A stretch of 64,000 nucleotides of DNA from Eledone cirrhosa (lineage: Eukaryota), in contig CAXHJY010001108.1 in assembly GCA_964016885.1 (NCBI GenBank), positions 1 through 64,000 on the forward strand, in the 5' to 3' direction. A model generated the notes under the pieces. That model saw only the letters and a list, made by a program, of their open reading frames with translations. It was not told the DNA's origin and made no database searches. The translations under genes were made by a program, and so were the position numbers. Positions 63,861 to 64,000 of the stretch are shown piece after piece; within the stretch, counting starts at the first letter, position 1, and every line of letters starts with the position of its first letter.

Positions 63861-64000
63861 CCAACTCATGTATCACCTGTGCATAATTCATTGTACTCAT
63901 CGTATAGAATATATAGTCACATAATAATAAGATTACTTACTTAATCATCAATCTATCTCATGGTGGCACTCCATGCACAGGATTATGTTAGCACAACCAA

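Overview
AT-rich, microsatellite-saturated animal genomic DNA; the SINE families and (TA)n/(CA)n/(GA)n/(TAGA)n load suggest a cephalopod such as octopus (inference). One protein-coding gene occupies the minus strand from 53246 down to 6404: an inverted-formin (INF2/FHDC1 subfamily) gene. I reconstructed 14 GT-AG exons with fully consistent phases (6540 nt, 2179 aa plus stop; the 5' end lies beyond the window), encoding DID/FH3, a polyproline FH1, FH2, a DAD/WH2-like motif and a ~1370-aa disordered tail. Introns hold tRNA-derived SINEs, R4/Dong-type, RTE and Tx1/L1-type LINE fragments, a deleted mariner, a Helitron, several MITEs and a Penelope-like (PLE) GIY-YIG remnant. The main unannotated signal is a dense set of type I hammerhead-ribozyme motifs: about 20 intact or degenerate copies from about 10 unrelated sequence families. 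They are carried by short elements that sit inside (TA)n tracts and often have inverted terminal duplications, consistent with PLE pseudo-LTR derivatives or retrozyme-like elements. Two with intact cores (16946-17000, 56355-56412) are sense to the formin pre-mRNA. A nested kb-scale inverted-duplication complex (56.3-62.1 kb) has amplified two of these ribozyme elements.
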